A DNA stretch of 64,000 nucleotides from Malacoraja senta. Its lineage: Eukaryota. Both the position numbers and the translations under genes were made by a program. Positions 60,626-64,000 of this stretch are shown piece after piece. The notes beneath the pieces were generated by a model. That model had not been told where the DNA came from. It worked only from the letters and a program-made list of their open reading frames with translations, and ran no database searches. The DNA lies in NCBI GenBank assembly GCA_038087875.1, contig JAXLNO010004071.1, positions 62,001-126,000 on the forward strand, written 5' to 3'. The first letter of the stretch is position 1. Every line of letters starts with the position of its first letter.

Positions 60626-62982
60626 TTTTCCCGCGGGTTCTTGGTAAATATTAAAGTCAATGGTTCCTCTCCTTTGCGCACAGTCCACGGGCTGATATTG
60701 TCTGGTGGGGCCTCCACAGGACCCTTAACTCTACTTGCGTGTGTCCACCCTTTCTCTTTTGTTCGTACTGCCGTCTCGGTGATTAGTAACACCAGGTAGG
60801 TTCCAGTCCACTTAGGTTGCAGCTTTTCTTCTTTCCACGTTTTTATTAATACCCAGTCTCCAGCCTTGACTGAGTGTATCGGGAAGTCCAGTCGTGGGCT
60901 CTAGGCCAGCAATCCTTTATTTTTTAGTTCTGCAAGAGATTGGGACACTGCCAGTAAATAGTTTTTCAGGAACACATCGTTCCCTTGCATTGTTGGGACT
61001 CCTTCTATCTTCCCTAAGTATGGGAGCCCGAATAACATTTCATATGGTGATATCCCTATGTCTTTTTCCATCTATGCACCTGGAGGATCCATCTATAAAC
61101 CACCGGCTGCCCTCAGCCAGAGGTTGCTCTTCTAAGTCTTCTCTACTTTTTGTCTGTAAATGTATTATTTCACTACAGCATTGTACTGGGTCCTCTTCCT
61201 CGTCGCCCTGTTTCTCTGGTGGATACAGGAATTGGGACGGGTTATGGTTCTTATCTGTAATTATTGTCAAATCGTCTTTTTCCATCAGGATGGCCTCATA
61301 CTTTAAAAGTCTGGAGTCTGTTAACCATCTGTTGGATTTCTGAGTGAGTATGGTTCTTACTGTGTGTGGCGTAGAAACAACCAGTGCACCTCCAAAGGTT
61401 AATTTCCTACTTTCTTCCACCAATATTGCGGTAGCTGCTACCGCTTGTATGCATCCCAGCCATCCCCTGGAGACTGGATCTAACATTTTTGAGAGGAAGG
61501 CCACTGGCTGTCGAATTCCCCCTCTCTTCTGGGTGAGTACCCCTAGTGCCACCCCCTTGTCTGAATTTACAAACAGGTGGAAAGGTTGTCCTACTGAGGG
61601 CAGAGCCAACACGGGGGCAGTAATCAGGCTGTTCTTTAATTTCCCAAATTCCACCTCCTATTCTGGGGTCCACTGAACGTTGTCTTTCTCTTCTCCCAAT
61701 TTAGCATACAGGAATTTCACTTGTCTGGAGTAATCATCTATCCTCAGTCGACAGGATCCTATCAATCCCAGGAATTTTCGGATCTCTTTCTTATTCTTTG
61801 GTAGTGGTACTCCCGTGATCCCAACTATCCTTTCGGCGTTAATTCGTCTCTTTCCACCACTTATCAGATGTCCCAGATATTTTACCTCTTGTTTCACAAA
61901 TTGAAGCTTGTTACGGGACACTCTTAACCCCTTCCTCCCCAAGAAGTTTAACAGGCTTATCGTGGCTTCCCTTACTTCCCCTTCTCTCCTGACAAAAGGA
62001 GGTCATCCACATACTGTAATAATCGCGTTTCCCCATGACCTGGGAAATCCTCCAGTACCTGCTCTAAAATTTGGCCGAATAAATTTGGTGATTCTGTAAA
62101 ACCTTGAGGGAGCACCGCCCACCGGAATTGTTGCTTTCGCCCGGTATTTAGGTTTTCCCACTCAAGGGCGAATAAGTCTCTGCTCTCTGTTGCCAGCGGA
62201 CAGCTCCAGAGGGCGTCCTTTAAATCTACCACACTAAACCATTTGTGGCTTGGGGGTATTCGTCCCATGATGGTGTAAGGGTTAGGCACTACCGGGTGTC
62301 GGGCTTGGACCACCTTGTTTAGTTCCCTCAAATCCTGTACGAGTCTAAACGTCCCGTCGGTTTTTCTGACTGGTAGGATCGGAGTATTGTAGGGGTACAT
62401 ACATGGTTCCAATACCCCGGCCTTCAATAAATTCTCAATGATTGGTTGTAAGCCTTTCCGTCCCTCGGTCGAAATGGGGTATTGTCTTACTCGTACTATG
62501 TCGGCACCGTCTTTTAATACTATCTGTAGAGGGGGTATTTGCAAACCTCCTCTGTTTCCTTCCTTGGCCCATACTTGGTCATTAATTCTTTGCTCATCCG
62601 CCTCTCTTAGAGTATACAACTGGACCACTGTCCTTCCCTCTACCGGTGCTGTGCCTATCCCCAATTGTATTTGTAAATCTCTGCCCATTAAATTTATACC
62701 AGCCCGAGGTACTAAGATTAAGTCCTCTACTGCCTCCCGGTGTCCATACCTTACATTCACGCCTCCTATCTCGGGAGCTACCATTACAGTCCCCCCTACT
62801 CCAGTAATTTTAATTCTTCCTTGTCCTGCCTTCATACCTATTGTTACTTTCGTTACACTTGATCGCTCCGCTCCTGAATCTACCATGAACACCGTATCTT
62901 CTCCCTGGGGTCCTATTTTTAAATTTACCAAGGGTTCCCTTCTATAGTCCCCCGACCCCAGGGACGGGAACCCCTGACCCCC
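60625..62982 (-). pseudogene. pol: ERV pro-pol (protease, RT, RNase H start, integrase C-terminus), frameshifted and internally deleted
   Basis: VDSGA protease, LPQGF and YVDDLLL RT, WFIDGSS RNase H, then directly SPYEMLFG and GDWV...W.G.Y of the integrase C-terminus. Confidence 0.95.
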
Positions 62983-63720
62983 CTATTCATTCTCCATCAT
63001 ACTGTACGTACGGGACTCCGCTACACGCTCAGGGCACTCCCTTTTGAAGTGTCCTTCCTTATTACAAAAATAACATATTGAAGGTCCTGTCTTCCAACCT
63101 TGTCCCGTACTCGTGTTTCCCCGGCCCCTGCCGAATCCTTCTCCATATCCTTCTTCATATCCCCCTCTTCCACGGCCTCTGCCGCGTCCTCTTCCCCTGC
63201 CTCGGGAGTAACTCCCTCGCCATCCTGTACCTCCCTTGTCCTGGTCTACTACTTGCTTTACTGCCTGCAACATAATCTTTGCCTTTCCCTTCTGTTTTTC
63301 CTCATCCCTTCGCACGTACACTTTCTGGGCCTCCGTAAGTAACCGAGACAGTAGTTTCTCATTCCAATCATCCATCTTTTCTAACTTCTTCCTTACATCA
63401 GGCCAGGATTTGATCACGAAATTGGCCCTGAGCAGTTGTTGTCCTGCCTCTGAGTCCGGATCTATTCCGGAATACTGTTGCATGTTATTCCTGAGTCTTT
63501 GAAGGAACGCTGTCGGGGCCTCATCTTTTTGCTGTCCATTCTCAAATGCTCGTTCAAAATTCTGTCCTTTGGGTACTGCCTCTCTTATCCCTTTTAGAAT
63601 TATATCCCGCAGGTCCCTCATATTCCCTCGTCCTGCTGCTGTTCCCTTGTCCCAATCTGGGTCTTGTACTGGGAATTTATCTGCCGCCGCCGCATTTTGC
63701 TGCCATGGCGGGTTCTCCTG
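62983..63720 (-). CDS. gag: ERV gag C-terminal half (capsid, MHR-like region, RG-rich linker, single CCHC knuckle)
   Basis: KFP..DPDWD, QKDEAPTAFLQRL and CYFCNKEGHFKREC. The TAG stop is in frame with pro; the N-terminal half is absent. Confidence 0.9.
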   Translation of the reverse strand, partial: QENPPWQQNAAAADKFPVQDPDWDKGTAAGRGNMRDLRDIILKGIREAVPKGQNFERAFENGQQKDEAPTAFLQRLRNNMQQYSGIDPDSEAGQQLLRANFVIKSWPDVRKKLEKMDDWNEKLLSRLLTEAQKVYVRRDEEKQKGKAKIMLQAVKQVVDQDKGGTGWRGSYSRGRGRGRGRGRGRGGYEEGYGEGFGRGRGNTSTGQGWKTGPSICYFCNKEGHFKRECPERVAESRTYSMMENE

Positions 63721-64000
63721 TGTGAGATTCAAAAATCACAAACGCTTTTAGAGACAAAGTCGGCAAAGAAGCTTTTTATTTAAATCATATTCTGCAGAAT
63801 AGGTGCCTCTCCTCTGATGTCCCCTAGAGGCACACCGAGGATCGGGATGTCTTCTATCTTTATACATTTCATGGGTATCATTGTCACACCCTCATCCCTC
63901 CCCATTGTGCTTCTTCCAATCATAACATAAAGCCTACATTCCCACGAGAACGTCCTGGAACGTCCACCCGACGTCAAAGACACCTCCCATATCATGCATC
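63721..64000 (-). mobile_element. Second ERV LTR copy (partial, runs off window)
   Basis: Matches 58124-58402 with 4 substitutions and 1 indel by eye. Confidence 0.92.

Noticed and set aside
60331-63751. ERV accessory or antisense ORFs (e.g. 60440..60799, 60894..61343, 62438..62947)
   Set aside because: These are shadows of gag/pol/env with no motifs; no accessory gene could be supported.

Overview
Repeat-rich vertebrate genomic DNA, most likely from a cartilaginous fish such as a skate or ray. This is inferred from HE1/V-SINE-like tRNA-derived SINEs with CR1 tails, shark-type CR1 LINEs and shark-like class I residue spacing. The only host gene I can support is a + strand MHC class I-like heavy-chain gene with four exons: alpha1 6201-6459, alpha2 22787-23062, alpha3 31486-31752 and TM 36633-36740. 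It has non-classical groove residues and an apparent 2-bp frameshift at the start of alpha1; its leader and cytoplasmic exons were not securely found. The introns and flanks hold CR1, L2, L1, RTE-like, Rex1/Babar-like and Penelope-like elements (several with hammerhead-ribozyme cores). They also hold a three-level hAT/hAT/L2 nest whose TSDs are still readable, a Harbinger-type MITE, a TIR element with a 5-bp TSD, a 78-bp tandem array at the 5' end of a CR1, and an apparently perfect 2184-bp tandem duplication. The last 5.9 kb is a defective gamma/epsilon-like endogenous retrovirus on the - strand (gag, UAG readthrough, pro-pol, env, LTR). It has an RNase H/integrase deletion and an LTR abutting mid-gag. 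An N gap lies at 54046-54203. All calls come from manual reading; no searches or alignments were run.
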